A stretch of DNA of 64,000 nt from Escherichia phage moskry. A model generated the notes under the pieces. That model ran no database searches and was not told the origin of the DNA. It saw only the letters and a program-made list of their open reading frames with translations. This document shows, piece by piece, positions 25,744-37,691 of the stretch. The DNA lies in the sequence record MN850651.1, one strand, 5' to 3'. Each line of letters starts with the position of its first letter. Within the stretch, counting starts at the first letter, position 1. The position numbers and the translations under genes were made by a program.

Positions 25744-26319
25744 TTGTTATTTACATTCTTCGACCCAATAGGATATAGTGCTAAAACAGTTAATAAGAAC
25801 GCACCTACTATTCCTATGACAGACATATTTCGTAACTATAAAGAGTACTTTAAGCGTGTTGCTGCCAATTATAGATTACGTTCTTATTATATTAAAGGCT
25901 CTCCGCGTCCTGAAGAACTAGCAAACATAATTTATGGAAACCCTCAATTATACTGGGTTCTTTTGATGTGTAACGATAACTACGACCCGTATTATGGTTG
26001 GATTACATCTCAGGAAGCAGCGTATCAAGCTTCTATTCAGAAATATGCAAATGCTGGTGGAGACCAAATTCTTTACCATATTAATGAGAACCGTGAGAAA
26101 TTTTACAATTTGGTTTCATATCCAGACGAGCCTTTAGTGTGGTACGATAAAGGTGATGAAGCTCGTAAGTATCCGCAATATAAAGGACCTTTAGCTGCAG
26201 TAGATACTTATGAAGCTGCAGTATTAGATAATGAAAAACTTCGTAAAATAAAAATTGTTGCAAAAGAAGATATAAACTCGTTTATCACAGATTTGATTCG
26301 TGAGATGGAGATTGCATAA
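25744..26319 (+). CDS. 53: Baseplate wedge protein gp53
   Basis: 191 aa; apparent TTG start with SD GAAGGAGA 6 nt upstream; N-terminus MLFTFFDP matches recalled T4 gp53; stop overlaps the gene 5 ATG. Confidence 0.7.
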   Translation: MLFTFFDPIGYSAKTVNKNAPTIPMTDIFRNYKEYFKRVAANYRLRSYYIKGSPRPEELANIIYGNPQLYWVLLMCNDNYDPYYGWITSQEAAYQASIQKYANAGGDQILYHINENREKFYNLVSYPDEPLVWYDKGDEARKYPQYKGPLAAVDTYEAAVLDNEKLRKIKIVAKEDINSFITDLIREMEIA

Positions 26320-28052
26320 TGGAAATGATTAGCAGTAGCCTTAATTGGTTCGTGGGTGTTGTCGAGGACAGAATGGACCCATTAAAACAAGGGCGAGTTC
26401 GAGTGCGAGTAGTTGGACTTCATCCCGCACAGAGAGTACAAGGCGACGTGCAGGGTATTCCTACAGAAAAACTTCCATGGATGACTGTTATTCAACCTAT
26501 TACGTCTGCATCAATGTCAGGTATTGGTGGTTCTGTTACAGGTCCTGTTGAAGGAACTCGAGTATATGGTCATTTCTTAGACAAATGGAAAACAAACGGG
26601 ATTGTACTTGGTACATATGGCGGAATCGTACGTGAAAAGCCTAATAGACTTGAAGGTTTTTCAGACCCGACAGGTCAGTATCCGCGACGTTTAGGTAATG
26701 ATACGAACGTATTAAACCAAGGTGGTGAAGCTGGTTATTATTCGAACTCTAACGTAATTCAAGATAACAACTTAGATTATGGTATAAACCCAGACGATAC
26801 AGATTTAGCAAATATTCCAGAAGATGATGACCCTAATTTTACAATAACGGAAATGTTACGTCGTGATGAAGGTCTTCGTGATAAAGTGTATTGGGACCAT
26901 CTCGGGTATCCTACAGTAGGTATTGGACACCTTATCGTAATGGAAAAGACCCGAGATATGTCTCGAATTAATAAATTGTTATCTGATCAAGTAGGGCGTG
27001 AAGTAACAGGAAATCCGGGAACTATTACATTAGAAGAAGCAACAGCGTTATTTGAGAAGGACCTTGCTAAGATGCAGAAAGACATTCGTTCTAATTCTAA
27101 AGTAGGTCCTGTTTATGCTAAAATGAACAGATCTCGCCAAATGGCATTAGAAAACATGTGCTTCCAAATGGGCGTTGGTGGTGTAGCAAAATTCAATACT
27201 ATGCTTAAAGCAATGGCCGAAGGTGATTGGAAAACTGCATACAAATCTGGGCGCGATTCATTATGGTTCCAACAGACTAAAGGACGCGCTTCACGTGTAA
27301 CAACAATTATTTTAACCGGTAACATGGAATCATACGGTGTTCCTGTTAAAACACCGCCTTCACCAGGAGTTGGTGCCGATTTAGTTACTAGAAATACCGA
27401 TTCAGAAGACCCGGCTGGTCCTCCTGTTCCATTAGATTCACGCATCCTTTTTAAAGAACCGGAATCAAGTTATCGTGGTGAGTATCCATACGTTCATGCT
27501 ATGGAAACAGAAAGTGGTCATATCCAAGAATTTGACGATACTCCAGGTAATGAACGTTATCGTTTAGTTCATCCAACAGGGTCATATGAGGAAGTTTCTC
27601 CGTCTGGGCGACGTACTCGTAAAACTGTAGAAGACCTTTTTGACATCACTAATGGTGATGGGAACTTCTTGATTTCTGGCGATAAGCTTGTTAACGTTGG
27701 TGCTAATGAAATATATTATAACATGGCAGACCGCCTCCATCAAATAGACGGCAATGACACAATCTTTATTCGTGGTAACCAATCTAAAACTGTTGAAGGC
27801 GATGGAACTCTTTACGTTAAGGGTAATATCAAAATAGTTGTTGACGGAAATGCAGATATTCTTGTTAAAGGTGATGCTAAAACTCAGGTCGAAGGGAATC
27901 ATGATTACACCGTCAACGGAAACGTTAAATGGACTGTTAATGGTAATGTTGATATGACTGTTGCCGGGGATTGGGCAGAAACAATGTCTACAATGAGCTC
28001 AGTAGCTTCAGGACAATACACTGTTGACGGATCTCGTATTGATATTGGGTAA
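26319..28052 (+). CDS. 5: Baseplate hub and tail lysozyme gp5
   Basis: 577 aa (T4 gp5 is 575); central lysozyme motif DEGLRDKVYWDHLGYPTVGIGHL; C-terminal V.G.-type beta-helix repeats. Confidence 0.9.
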   Translation: MEMISSSLNWFVGVVEDRMDPLKQGRVRVRVVGLHPAQRVQGDVQGIPTEKLPWMTVIQPITSASMSGIGGSVTGPVEGTRVYGHFLDKWKTNGIVLGTYGGIVREKPNRLEGFSDPTGQYPRRLGNDTNVLNQGGEAGYYSNSNVIQDNNLDYGINPDDTDLANIPEDDDPNFTITEMLRRDEGLRDKVYWDHLGYPTVGIGHLIVMEKTRDMSRINKLLSDQVGREVTGNPGTITLEEATALFEKDLAKMQKDIRSNSKVGPVYAKMNRSRQMALENMCFQMGVGGVAKFNTMLKAMAEGDWKTAYKSGRDSLWFQQTKGRASRVTTIILTGNMESYGVPVKTPPSPGVGADLVTRNTDSEDPAGPPVPLDSRILFKEPESSYRGEYPYVHAMETESGHIQEFDDTPGNERYRLVHPTGSYEEVSPSGRRTRKTVEDLFDITNGDGNFLISGDKLVNVGANEIYYNMADRLHQIDGNDTIFIRGNQSKTVEGDGTLYVKGNIKIVVDGNADILVKGDAKTQVEGNHDYTVNGNVKWTVNGNVDMTVAGDWAETMSTMSSVASGQYTVDGSRIDIG

Positions 28053-28055
28053 TAT

Positions 28056-28571
28056 ATGGCACAAATACTTCCTTTAAATACCGACTTAGGAGAAGACATG
28101 GAAGGGGCGTCTATTGACGTCCTTTTTACTCCACAGTTAGAAACAACCGAAACTTTAGTGTCAATAAATATAACAGATTATGAACCGACACAAGGCATTA
28201 CGGTAGATGGTAATCGTTTATATGGAACATATGAAAGTGTGTTTAGCTTTTCTTCGGATGCATTGAAATACCGATTAAATGATGATTTTGAAACCGCATC
28301 TTCATGGGATGATTTACCAAAAGATGAATCCACACAGTTATATTTGTGGAGAGCTCCTCAGAATCTTCGTAAAGTGTTTAGTTATACGGTTGAAATGATT
28401 TATAACTACCAAGAAGAAAGTTCATCAGGCGGTTCTAGAAGTGACTCTGGTACAGAACCTCCACCGGCTCCAGTACAAAAAACTCTTACTAAGGTTTATA
28501 CAAAAACTATAGTAGGAAATTGGAGCAAATGGGCTCATCAATTACGAAACTATGTTTATGCGAGGCCGTGA
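28056..28571 (+). CDS. 5.1-like hypothetical protein
   Basis: 171 aa; ATG start; position between gene 5 and 5.4 as in T4. Confidence 0.5.
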   Translation: MAQILPLNTDLGEDMEGASIDVLFTPQLETTETLVSINITDYEPTQGITVDGNRLYGTYESVFSFSSDALKYRLNDDFETASSWDDLPKDESTQLYLWRAPQNLRKVFSYTVEMIYNYQEESSSGGSRSDSGTEPPPAPVQKTLTKVYTKTIVGNWSKWAHQLRNYVYARP

Positions 28572-28573
28572 AA

Positions 28574-28867
28574 ATGTCTGGCTTAAGTTACGACAAGTGC
28601 GTTACAACAGGTCATGAAGCATGGCCTCCTACGGTAATTAACGCTTCTCAATCTAAAGTATTCACCGGCGGTATTCCTGTTCTTGTGGCAGGAGACCAAA
28701 TAACACCTCATACAGAAATTAAAAAACCATACGAGACTCATGGAGGTGTTACTGAACCTCGTACATCTAAAGTATATGTCACCGGTAAAAAGGCCGTTCA
28801 AATGGCTGACCCAATTTCATGCGGGGATACTGTTTCTCAGGCCTCGTCAAAAGTCTTTATCAAATAG
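28574..28867 (+). CDS. 5.4: Baseplate spike-tip protein gp5.4-like
   Basis: ATG at codon 19 of the ORF track gives 97 aa, the T4 gp5.4 length; position immediately before gene 6. Confidence 0.6.
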   Translation: MSGLSYDKCVTTGHEAWPPTVINASQSKVFTGGIPVLVAGDQITPHTEIKKPYETHGGVTEPRTSKVYVTGKKAVQMADPISCGDTVSQASSKVFIK

Positions 28868-28875
28868 GAATTAAA

Positions 28876-30849
28876 ATGGCAAACACTCCTGTAAATTATC
28901 AATTAACCCGAACAGCGAATGCTATTCCCGAGATTTTTATCGGGGGCACATTTGCCGAAATCAAACAGAACATTATCGAATGGCTTAATGGGCAGAATGA
29001 ATTTCTTGATTATGATTTTGAAGGTTCACGCTTAAACGTATTGTGCGACCTTTTAGCATATAACACTCTTTACATCCAACAGTTCAGTAATAGTGCAGTG
29101 TATGAAAGTTTTATGCGTACTGCAAACTTGCGTAGTTCTGTTGTACAAGCGGCTCAAGATAACGGATATCTGCCTTCATCTAAATCAGCAGCACAAACAG
29201 AAATTATGCTCACATGTACGGATGCATTAAATAGAAACTATATCACCATTCCACGTGGCACTCGTTTCTTAGCATACGCTAAAGATACTTCTGTTAACCC
29301 ATATAACTTTGTTTCTACCGAAGATGTCATTGTAGTTAAAGACAAAAATAACCAATATTTTCCACGTCTTCGATTAGCTCAAGGACGTATTGTTCGCACT
29401 GAATTAACATTTGATAGATTAAAACCTATCATTATTCGTGATAAGAATATTGACCGTAATTTGGTTAAGTTGTATGTTGACGGAGCAGAATGGATTAACT
29501 GGACTCGTAAGTCGATGGTTCACGCTGGTTCTACGTCAACAATCTATTATATGCGTGAAACAGTTGATGGGAACACCGAATTTTATTTTGGTGAAGGCGA
29601 AATCTCTATTAACACATCAGAAGGTGCGTTAACATCTAACTATATTGGTGGCCTTAAACCTGTTCAGGGTTCTAAAATCGTAATTGAGTATATTTCTACT
29701 AATGGCGCAGATGCTAACGGTGCTGTAGGATTTTCTTATGCTGATACATTAGCTAATATCACGGTAATCGATATTAACGAGAACCCTAGCAATAACCCGG
29801 ACTTTGTTGGGGCCGACGGTGGTGGTGACCCTGAAGATATTGAACGTATCCGCGAATTAGGCACAATTAAACGCGAAACTCAACAACGTTGTGTAACCGC
29901 TTCCGACTATGACACATTCGTCTCTGAGCGGTTTGGTTCTATTATTCAAGCGGTTCAAACATTCACGGATTCATCTAAACCAGGGTACGCATATATTGCT
30001 GCTAAGCCTAAATCTGGATTGTATTTGACTTCTGTCCAACGCGATGATATCAAAAACTATTTAAATGATTATAACTTAGGGACTATTACACCTGTTGTTA
30101 TTTCGCCTGATTATTTGTTTATCAAAATGAATATCAAAGTTACATACGCGTTGAATAAACTCCAAGAATCAGAACAATATCTTGAAGGGCAGATTATTAA
30201 TAAAATAGACCGATATTATATCGAAGATGTAGAAATTTTTAACTCATCGTTTGCAAAATCTAAAATGCTAACTTATGTCGATGATGCAGATATTTCTATT
30301 ATTGGTTCTTCAGCTACTATTCAAATGGTTCGCGAAGTACAAAACTTCTATAAAACGCCTGAGGCCGGTATTAAATACAATAATCAGATTAAAGATAGAT
30401 CGATGGAATCTAATATATTCTCGTTTGATTCGCACAGACCTAATCCAGAAAATGCAAACGAAACTATTAAATACGGTGTTCGCATAGTATCTTCTGACCG
30501 TAATGACCGTGGCATAGGTCAAGTTATTATTGGTCCATTTGCAGACGGTGATGTTGTTGAAAACGAAAATATACAACCTTATACAGGTAATGATTTTAAT
30601 AAACTTACTGTTACTGACGGACGAAACAAATACTATTCAATTGGTGAAGTGAATTATCCTGCCGATTCGATTTATTGGAACATTGCTAAAATTGACCTCA
30701 CTTCAGACCGTTTTGAAGTTCAAACAATTGAACTTTATTCCGACCCTGCAGATGATATTATTTTTACAAAGGATGGTTCTTTAATCGTATTCGAAAATGA
30801 CTTACGTCCTCAGTACTTAACTATAGATTTGGAGCCTATTTCACAATGA
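28876..30849 (+). CDS. 6: Baseplate wedge protein gp6
   Basis: ATG at codon 20 of the ORF track; 657 aa (T4 gp6 is 660); gene order. Confidence 0.8.
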   Translation: MANTPVNYQLTRTANAIPEIFIGGTFAEIKQNIIEWLNGQNEFLDYDFEGSRLNVLCDLLAYNTLYIQQFSNSAVYESFMRTANLRSSVVQAAQDNGYLPSSKSAAQTEIMLTCTDALNRNYITIPRGTRFLAYAKDTSVNPYNFVSTEDVIVVKDKNNQYFPRLRLAQGRIVRTELTFDRLKPIIIRDKNIDRNLVKLYVDGAEWINWTRKSMVHAGSTSTIYYMRETVDGNTEFYFGEGEISINTSEGALTSNYIGGLKPVQGSKIVIEYISTNGADANGAVGFSYADTLANITVIDINENPSNNPDFVGADGGGDPEDIERIRELGTIKRETQQRCVTASDYDTFVSERFGSIIQAVQTFTDSSKPGYAYIAAKPKSGLYLTSVQRDDIKNYLNDYNLGTITPVVISPDYLFIKMNIKVTYALNKLQESEQYLEGQIINKIDRYYIEDVEIFNSSFAKSKMLTYVDDADISIIGSSATIQMVREVQNFYKTPEAGIKYNNQIKDRSMESNIFSFDSHRPNPENANETIKYGVRIVSSDRNDRGIGQVIIGPFADGDVVENENIQPYTGNDFNKLTVTDGRNKYYSIGEVNYPADSIYWNIAKIDLTSDRFEVQTIELYSDPADDIIFTKDGSLIVFENDLRPQYLTIDLEPISQ

Positions 30850-33800
30850 CAGTAAAAGCGCCAGCAGTCACAAGTCTCAGAATATCCAAGTTGTCCGCTA
30901 ACCAAGTTCAAATACGCTGGGATGACGTTGGTGCTAATTTCTACTATTTCGTAGAAATCGCTGAGACTAAAACGGCAGACGGTGGAATAATTCCCCCTGC
31001 CAGCTACAGATGGATAAATTTAGGATATACTCCTAATAGCAACTGGTTCGAAAATAGCTTAGACCCATTAACTTCTTATATTATTCGTGTATCAACTGCC
31101 GCCGAAGGCTTTGAGAGATCTGATTGGGTATATACCGAAATATTTGAATCATTTCAGACTAACGCGTATACATTTCAACATATGATTGAAATGCAATTGG
31201 CTAACACTTTTATTAGAGAAAAATTTACAAATAACAACATGGCTTATGTCGATTTTAATAACGACACTATAATGGCAGCTCTAATGAATGAATCGTTCCA
31301 ATTTAGCCCTGCTTATGCAGATATTTCATCTATTAAAAATTTCATTATTGGCGAAAATGAGTATCATGAAATTCAAGGTTCGATTCAACAGGTGTGTCAT
31401 GATATAAACCGTGTTTATTTGATGGAATCCGAAGGAATTCTTTATTTGTTTGAACGGTATCAGCCTGTGGTTAAAGTCTCTAATGATAAGGGACAAACCT
31501 GGAAATCGGTTAAATTGTTTAATGACCGTGTAGGGTACCCTGTATCAAGAACAGTGTATTACCAGACAGATTACACCACGTATGTTCTTGGGTACGATAA
31601 ATTATTTTACGGCCGTAAATCAACTGACGTTCGTTGGTCTGCTGATGATGTGAGATTTAGTTCTCAAGATATAACATTTGCTAAAATTGGTGACCAGTTA
31701 AATTTAGGATATGATGTAGAAATATTTGGTAACTATGCATCATTACCTGCTAACGTATCACGTATTGCAGAAGCTATCGTTTGCAATGACGATTATGTAT
31801 ACGTTGCTGCTCGAGATAAAGTTCGTTTTATTAAAACTAGTAATGCCCCTATTGATTCAGACCCGTTATCTCCGACATATTCCGAACGTTTGTTTGAACA
31901 AGAAACATTTAACATCACAGGTAACCCTAAGGCAGTTTGCTATAAAATGGATTCTGTCGGTGGTAAAATATTTGCACTGATTATTGGTGAAGTTGTTAAT
32001 CTTAATGACGACCCGAGGACCACTCCTATTGTCGATTCTGCTGATAAGGGTGTTTACGTTCTAGACCATGATGCTGGCACATTTAAACGTGTGTTTGGTA
32101 ATACTGAAGAAGAACGCCGTCGTATTGAACCTGGGTACACCAGTATGTCTACTGATGGTGTTGAGTTATCTATTTCATCTAGTAATTTTAAATTTTTAGA
32201 ATCAGATATTGTTGATGACCCAAAAACACAAATCAAGTACGGTTTAATCGGTGCTGTTAAATATGAGTATCCTCGCGAATGGTTGGCTGATAAACATTAT
32301 CATATGATGGCATTTATTTCAACTGAAGACTCTCAATGGGAATCGTTCACTCCACAACCGATGGAATACTACGCCGAGCCATTCTTTAGTTATTCTAGAA
32401 AGTCTGGTACTCGATGTTGGATTAATAACTCAGACAAGGCCGTTGTAATTTATTCTGATTTACTTTACACTAAGGTTATTGAGAATCATCCACTTAGTTC
32501 TTCAGACCGTGAAGTTCATGAATATTGGAAAGACGGTGACTGTACAATAGTGATGCCTAACGTAGATTTCACCGGATTTAAAAAATATGCATCCGGCATG
32601 ATTTTCTATAAATCATCAGGTGAGATTATTTCTTATTATGATTTTAGTTATCGTGTTAGAGATAATGTTTCTATAATTTGGAAGCCTACTAATATATTCT
32701 TAACAGCATCGTTACAAAACCAAGAAAAAGATACCACATGGACTCCTGTAGAAGAGAACGGTATTGCAGACCCAGATTTACGACCATTGCTCACTACAAT
32801 GATGCCGGAGTCTTATCTTTTAGATAATACAAACTTCGAAGCATTCTGCGAGGCTTATATTCAGTATCTTTCTGACGGTTATGGGACCCATTATAACAAC
32901 CTTTTGAATCTTATTAAAAATCAGTATCCGCGAGAAGAACATGCGTGGGAATATTTATGGTCCGAGATTTATAAACGAAACATTTACTTAAACGCCGAAA
33001 AACGCGATTTAGTGTCTCGTTTCTTTGAATCAAGAAGTTATGACTTCTATTCAACTAAAGGAACTGAAGCATCATATAAATTCTTGTTTAAAGTGCTTTA
33101 TAACGAAGATGTTGAAATTGAAATTGAATCTAGTTCTGGGACCGAATATGATATCATCATTGAATCTGATTCGCTGACAGAAGATTTGGTCGGACAAACC
33201 ATATACACCGCGACAGGACGTTGTAATGTGACGTATATCGAGAGAAGTTACTCTAAAGGTAAATTACAATGGACTGTAACAATTCACAACCTCTTAGGAC
33301 GTTTAATCCAAGGACAGGAAGTTAAAGCTGAAAGACTCCCTGGTTTTGAAGGTGAAATTGTTCGTGGTATTAAAGGTAAAGAGCTTTCTCAGAACAACAT
33401 CGATTACATAAATCGTGGTAGAGCATACTACGTAATGAAGATTAAATCTAAACTTCCATCATCTCGTTGGAAATCAGACGTATTACGTTTTGTTCATCCG
33501 GTTGGATTTGGATTTATCGCAATTACCCTTCTCACAATGTTTATTAACACCGGATTAACACTTAAACATGTTGAAACCATTATTAATAAATACAAAAACT
33601 ATAAGTGGGATTCTGGATTACCGACTAAATATGCAGACCGAGTGGCTAAATTAGACCCACAAGGAAATGTTGAGTTTGACCCTATTACAGGTAAAGCGAT
33701 ATATGAAATAGGCCCTATGGCTGGTCAAGATTATCCATTACCTGAAGATTATAACGCTGAAAACAATAACTCCATATTTCAAGGTCAACTTCCATCGGAA

Positions 33801-33944
33801 CGACGTAAACTGATGAGCCCATTATTTGATGCGTCCGGAACAACATTCTCTAGATTTAGAGATTTGGTTGAACAGCGGTTAATCGATAATGTAGGAAATC
33901 CAAGAGACCCCGTGAATCCACCACAGGTTAAATTAGATGAATGA
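30846..33944 (+). CDS. 7: Baseplate wedge initiator gp7
   Basis: 1032 aa, identical to the T4 gp7 length; gene order. Confidence 0.85.
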   Translation: MTVKAPAVTSLRISKLSANQVQIRWDDVGANFYYFVEIAETKTADGGIIPPASYRWINLGYTPNSNWFENSLDPLTSYIIRVSTAAEGFERSDWVYTEIFESFQTNAYTFQHMIEMQLANTFIREKFTNNNMAYVDFNNDTIMAALMNESFQFSPAYADISSIKNFIIGENEYHEIQGSIQQVCHDINRVYLMESEGILYLFERYQPVVKVSNDKGQTWKSVKLFNDRVGYPVSRTVYYQTDYTTYVLGYDKLFYGRKSTDVRWSADDVRFSSQDITFAKIGDQLNLGYDVEIFGNYASLPANVSRIAEAIVCNDDYVYVAARDKVRFIKTSNAPIDSDPLSPTYSERLFEQETFNITGNPKAVCYKMDSVGGKIFALIIGEVVNLNDDPRTTPIVDSADKGVYVLDHDAGTFKRVFGNTEEERRRIEPGYTSMSTDGVELSISSSNFKFLESDIVDDPKTQIKYGLIGAVKYEYPREWLADKHYHMMAFISTEDSQWESFTPQPMEYYAEPFFSYSRKSGTRCWINNSDKAVVIYSDLLYTKVIENHPLSSSDREVHEYWKDGDCTIVMPNVDFTGFKKYASGMIFYKSSGEIISYYDFSYRVRDNVSIIWKPTNIFLTASLQNQEKDTTWTPVEENGIADPDLRPLLTTMMPESYLLDNTNFEAFCEAYIQYLSDGYGTHYNNLLNLIKNQYPREEHAWEYLWSEIYKRNIYLNAEKRDLVSRFFESRSYDFYSTKGTEASYKFLFKVLYNEDVEIEIESSSGTEYDIIIESDSLTEDLVGQTIYTATGRCNVTYIERSYSKGKLQWTVTIHNLLGRLIQGQEVKAERLPGFEGEIVRGIKGKELSQNNIDYINRGRAYYVMKIKSKLPSSRWKSDVLRFVHPVGFGFIAITLLTMFINTGLTLKHVETIINKYKNYKWDSGLPTKYADRVAKLDPQGNVEFDPITGKAIYEIGPMAGQDYPLPEDYNAENNNSIFQGQLPSERRKLMSPLFDASGTTFSRFRDLVEQRLIDNVGNPRDPVNPPQVKLDE

Positions 33945-34941
33945 TTCAAGTGTTATCTATCGTGCAATAGTTACATCAAAATTTAGAACAGAGAAAATGC
34001 TGAATTTTTATAATTCAGTTGGGGATGGAGATGATAAGAACTCCATTTATATTACGTTTGGACGTTCAGAGCCTTGGGCGTCAAATGAAAATGAGGTGGG
34101 CTTCGCCCCACCTTATCCTACAGATTCTGTTCTTGGTGTTACTGATATGTGGACCCACATGATGGGTACCGTTAAAGTTTTACCTTCAATGTTAGATTCT
34201 GTTATTCCTAGACGTGATTGGGGAGATGTGCGATATCCAGACCCTTACACGTTTAGAATTAACGATATAGTCGCATGTAATACTGCTCCGTACAACGCGA
34301 CAGAAGTTGGAGCCGGTTGGTTAATTTACCGTTGTTTAGATGTCCCTGACGTAGGGCTCTGTTCAATAGAATCTTTAGATAATAAAGATGAATGTCTTAA
34401 ATTGGGTGGTAAATGGACTCCGTCTGTTCGTTCTATGTCTCCTCCTGAAGGCAGAGGCGATGCTAATGGGGTTATCGAAACCGGTGATGGATATATTTGG
34501 GAATATCTTTATGAGATTCCTGCCGATGTGTCAATTAACCGTTGCACTAATGAATATCTTGTAGTTCCGTGGCCGGAAGAAATTAAAGAAGACCCCACCC
34601 GTTGGGGATATGAAAATAACTTAACTTGGCAACAAGACGACTACGGCTTGATTTATCGTGTTAAAGCTAATACAATGCGGTTTAAAGCATATTTTGATTC
34701 TGTTTATTTCCCTGAGGCAGCTTTGCCTGGTAACAAGGGATTTAGACAGATATCAATTATCGCAAACCCATTAGAAGCTAAGAAAAATCCAAATGACCCT
34801 AATGTTAAAGCAGAAAAGGATTATTACGACCCTAGAGACCTGCAACGTCATTCTGGTGAAATGATTTATATGGAAAACCGACCACCTGTTATTATGGCAA
34901 TGGACCAAACAGAAGAAATTAACATTTTGTTTATGTTTTAA
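33937..34941 (+). CDS. 8: Baseplate wedge protein gp8
   Basis: 334 aa, the T4 gp8 length; gene order. Confidence 0.85.
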   Translation: MNDSSVIYRAIVTSKFRTEKMLNFYNSVGDGDDKNSIYITFGRSEPWASNENEVGFAPPYPTDSVLGVTDMWTHMMGTVKVLPSMLDSVIPRRDWGDVRYPDPYTFRINDIVACNTAPYNATEVGAGWLIYRCLDVPDVGLCSIESLDNKDECLKLGGKWTPSVRSMSPPEGRGDANGVIETGDGYIWEYLYEIPADVSINRCTNEYLVVPWPEEIKEDPTRWGYENNLTWQQDDYGLIYRVKANTMRFKAYFDSVYFPEAALPGNKGFRQISIIANPLEAKKNPNDPNVKAEKDYYDPRDLQRHSGEMIYMENRPPVIMAMDQTEEINILFMF

Positions 34942-34944
34942 TTA

Positions 34945-34968
34945 GGGAGCCTTCGGGCTCCCATTTTT
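34945..34968 (+). terminator. Intrinsic terminator after gene 8
   Basis: Stem GGGAGCC-TTCG-GGCTCCC followed by a T-run. Confidence 0.7.
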
Positions 34969-34973
34969 GTGTC

Positions 34974-34981
34974 TATAAATA
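34974..34981 (+). promoter_or_regulatory. Late promoter TATAAATA for gene 9
   Basis: Exact TATAAATA 33 nt upstream of ATG 35014. Confidence 0.65.
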
Positions 34982-35013
34982 GAATATAATATCGGACAAC
35001 AAAAGGCAGAATT

Positions 35014-35886
35014 ATGGCATTTTTTAAGCAAACTCCTAAACAATTAATCGATACCGGCGAAATTGGTAATGCCTCAACAGGTGATATCTTATTCGACGGT
35101 GGTAATAAAATAAATGACGATATCAACGCTATTTACAATGCATTTGGCGATCAACGTAAAATGGCCGTAGCAGATGGAACCGGACCTACAGGTCAAACTA
35201 TTCATGCCACAGGTTATTATCAAAAAGGAAAGGCGGTCGATTATCAAACTCCTATTAAACCAGGCACTATGCATGATATTGATGCTTCTGATGGTGGTGT
35301 GATTGTTATTATTGACCGTCCTGAATTAGGTGACTCCGTAGAATTCATAAACTCTAATGGGTCTATTTCTGTTAACAATCCTTTAAGTATCCAAGTAACT
35401 GATGGTTCAATTAAAGGTGTTCTTAATAATCTTGTTATTTCCACCCCTTATACCCATGTTGTTCTTCGTTGTGTTGAAATTAATGGGCCGACTTCAGTAT
35501 GGAATTATTCTACTGATAGCATGTTTGGGCAGAAAGAATCTCCTGTCGATGGGACTTGGAGTCTTACAGGAAACACAGTTTCTATTCCTCTGTTTTATCG
35601 CACAGATTATAACATGGCTAAATTGCTTGTTACATGTCAATCCGCTGACGGTAGAAAAATAAAAACATGTGAAATAAATATTCTAATAGATACAATTAAC
35701 TCAGAAGTTCTTTCTACCGAATTTGCAGTAATGCGAGTTGGTAATGTAGATGAAACCGACGAGATTGCTAATATTAGCTTTAGTATTATTAACAACTTTG
35801 CTACTATGACGATTACATCCGATATTATTGGATTACGTTCGGCAGTTAAAATTATCTCAACTCAGAAAATTGGGGTCGCTCAATAA
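35014..35886 (+). CDS. 9: Baseplate wedge / long tail fibre socket gp9
   Basis: 290 aa (T4 gp9 is 288); gene order. Confidence 0.8.
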   Translation: MAFFKQTPKQLIDTGEIGNASTGDILFDGGNKINDDINAIYNAFGDQRKMAVADGTGPTGQTIHATGYYQKGKAVDYQTPIKPGTMHDIDASDGGVIVIIDRPELGDSVEFINSNGSISVNNPLSIQVTDGSIKGVLNNLVISTPYTHVVLRCVEINGPTSVWNYSTDSMFGQKESPVDGTWSLTGNTVSIPLFYRTDYNMAKLLVTCQSADGRKIKTCEINILIDTINSEVLSTEFAVMRVGNVDETDEIANISFSIINNFATMTITSDIIGLRSAVKIISTQKIGVAQ

Positions 35887-37691
35887 TGAAACAAAATATT
35901 AAAATTGGTAACGTCGTTGATGACGGACAAGGCGATTACCTTCGTCGAGGTGGTGAAAAAATAAATGAGAACTTTGACGAAATCTATTATGAATTAGGTG
36001 ATGGTGAAGTTCCTTATGCCGCTGGTGCATGGAAGACTTATGATGCGGCTGATGGTCTTAATCTTAAGGCTGCTTGGGGTAAATCTTATGCAATTAATAC
36101 TACTTCTGGGCGAGTTTCGGTAAATCTTCCTAAAGGGACAATTGCAGACTATAATAAAGTTATTCGTGCCCGTGACGTATTTGCAACTTGGAACATTAAC
36201 CCTGTTACTTTAATTCCGGCAAACGGAGACACGATTAAAGGTTCTTCATCTCCGGTGGAAATTAACGTTCAGTTCTCTGATTTAGAATTAGTTTATTGTG
36301 CTCCTGGACGTTGGGAATACATCAAGAACAAACAAATTGACAAAATAGTTAGCTCTGACATTAGTAACGTTGCTCGTAGAGAATATCTGGTTGAAACCCA
36401 AGGTCAGACCGATTTCATGGATGTTTTTAACGGGACCTCTTATAACGTTAACAACATTCGCGTAAAACATCGTGGCAACGAATTGTACTATGGTGATGTA
36501 TTCAGTGATAACAGTGATTTTGGTTCTCCAGGCGCTAATCCTGGTGAACTGGTTGCACTCGATGGATTTAATATTAGATTACGCCAACCGTGTAATGTTG
36601 GGGACACTGTACAAATTGAGACATTCCTAGATGGTGTTTCTCAGTGGCGTAGTTCATATACTCGTCGCCAAGTTCGCATTTTAGATAGTAAATTGACTGC
36701 TAAAAAGTCTATTGACGGAAGTATTTACGTCACTGATTTGAGTACGTTCCGGTCTATTCCATTTACAGCATTTGGTATTAATCCTACGGAACCACCTAAC
36801 CCTAATTCGTTAGAAGTTCGCTTCAATGGTATTCTCCAAGAATTAGCTGGTACTGTTGGAACTCCTATTTTCCGTTGTGAAGGTGTGGATGCTGATTCTG
36901 AAGAGTCATGCGCTAATCTCGGTGGGACGTGGACTCAATCGTATACAGATTATGCGATTGAATATACTGATAATATCCCTAGCGCAATTCTGTTTGACCG
37001 TCAATTTGAAGACCAAGACATTATTACCATCACATGGTTTAATAACGATTTAGGAACTCTTCTTGAAATGGAAGAAATCCTTGATGTCGCTGATGAGAAA
37101 TATGTTTCTCAAGGGTCTAACATTGAAATTACTGGTGACGTTGCATTAACCGATTTCGATAAAATTGGATGGCCTAATGTAGAACCTGTTCCTAAGTATG
37201 AACGTGAATTCTCGACTATCTCAGCAATATTTGATACAATTTATCCTGTCGGGACTATTTACGAAAATGCGGTTAACCCTAATAATCCGGCAACTTATTT
37301 AGGTTTTGGTTTGTGGAAAATTTGGGGACAAGGCAAAGTATTAGCAGGTTGGAATGACGACGCATCCGATCCTAATTTTGCATTAAATAATAATGACCTT
37401 GACGTCAATGGTAACCCTACTCATACCGCAGGTGGTACCGTTGGTGTAACAACCATCACATTAGAAAATGCTGATTTACCAGCTACACAAACCGATGAAA
37501 AGGTTCTTATTTCTGATGATAATGGTACAGTAATTATAGGCGGTTGCCAATATGACCCGGATGAAGAAGGTCCTATTTACACTAAATATCGTGAAGACCA
37601 TGCAAAGACTAATGGATCTCATGTTCCAGCGCGTTCTATAACTAATATTCAGCCATCTATAACTGTATACCGTTGGGTAAGGATTGCATAA
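35886..37691 (+). CDS. 10: Baseplate wedge and tail pin gp10
   Basis: 601 aa (T4 gp10 is 602); gene order. Confidence 0.85.
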   Translation: MKQNIKIGNVVDDGQGDYLRRGGEKINENFDEIYYELGDGEVPYAAGAWKTYDAADGLNLKAAWGKSYAINTTSGRVSVNLPKGTIADYNKVIRARDVFATWNINPVTLIPANGDTIKGSSSPVEINVQFSDLELVYCAPGRWEYIKNKQIDKIVSSDISNVARREYLVETQGQTDFMDVFNGTSYNVNNIRVKHRGNELYYGDVFSDNSDFGSPGANPGELVALDGFNIRLRQPCNVGDTVQIETFLDGVSQWRSSYTRRQVRILDSKLTAKKSIDGSIYVTDLSTFRSIPFTAFGINPTEPPNPNSLEVRFNGILQELAGTVGTPIFRCEGVDADSEESCANLGGTWTQSYTDYAIEYTDNIPSAILFDRQFEDQDIITITWFNNDLGTLLEMEEILDVADEKYVSQGSNIEITGDVALTDFDKIGWPNVEPVPKYEREFSTISAIFDTIYPVGTIYENAVNPNNPATYLGFGLWKIWGQGKVLAGWNDDASDPNFALNNNDLDVNGNPTHTAGGTVGVTTITLENADLPATQTDEKVLISDDNGTVIIGGCQYDPDEEGPIYTKYREDHAKTNGSHVPARSITNIQPSITVYRWVRIA

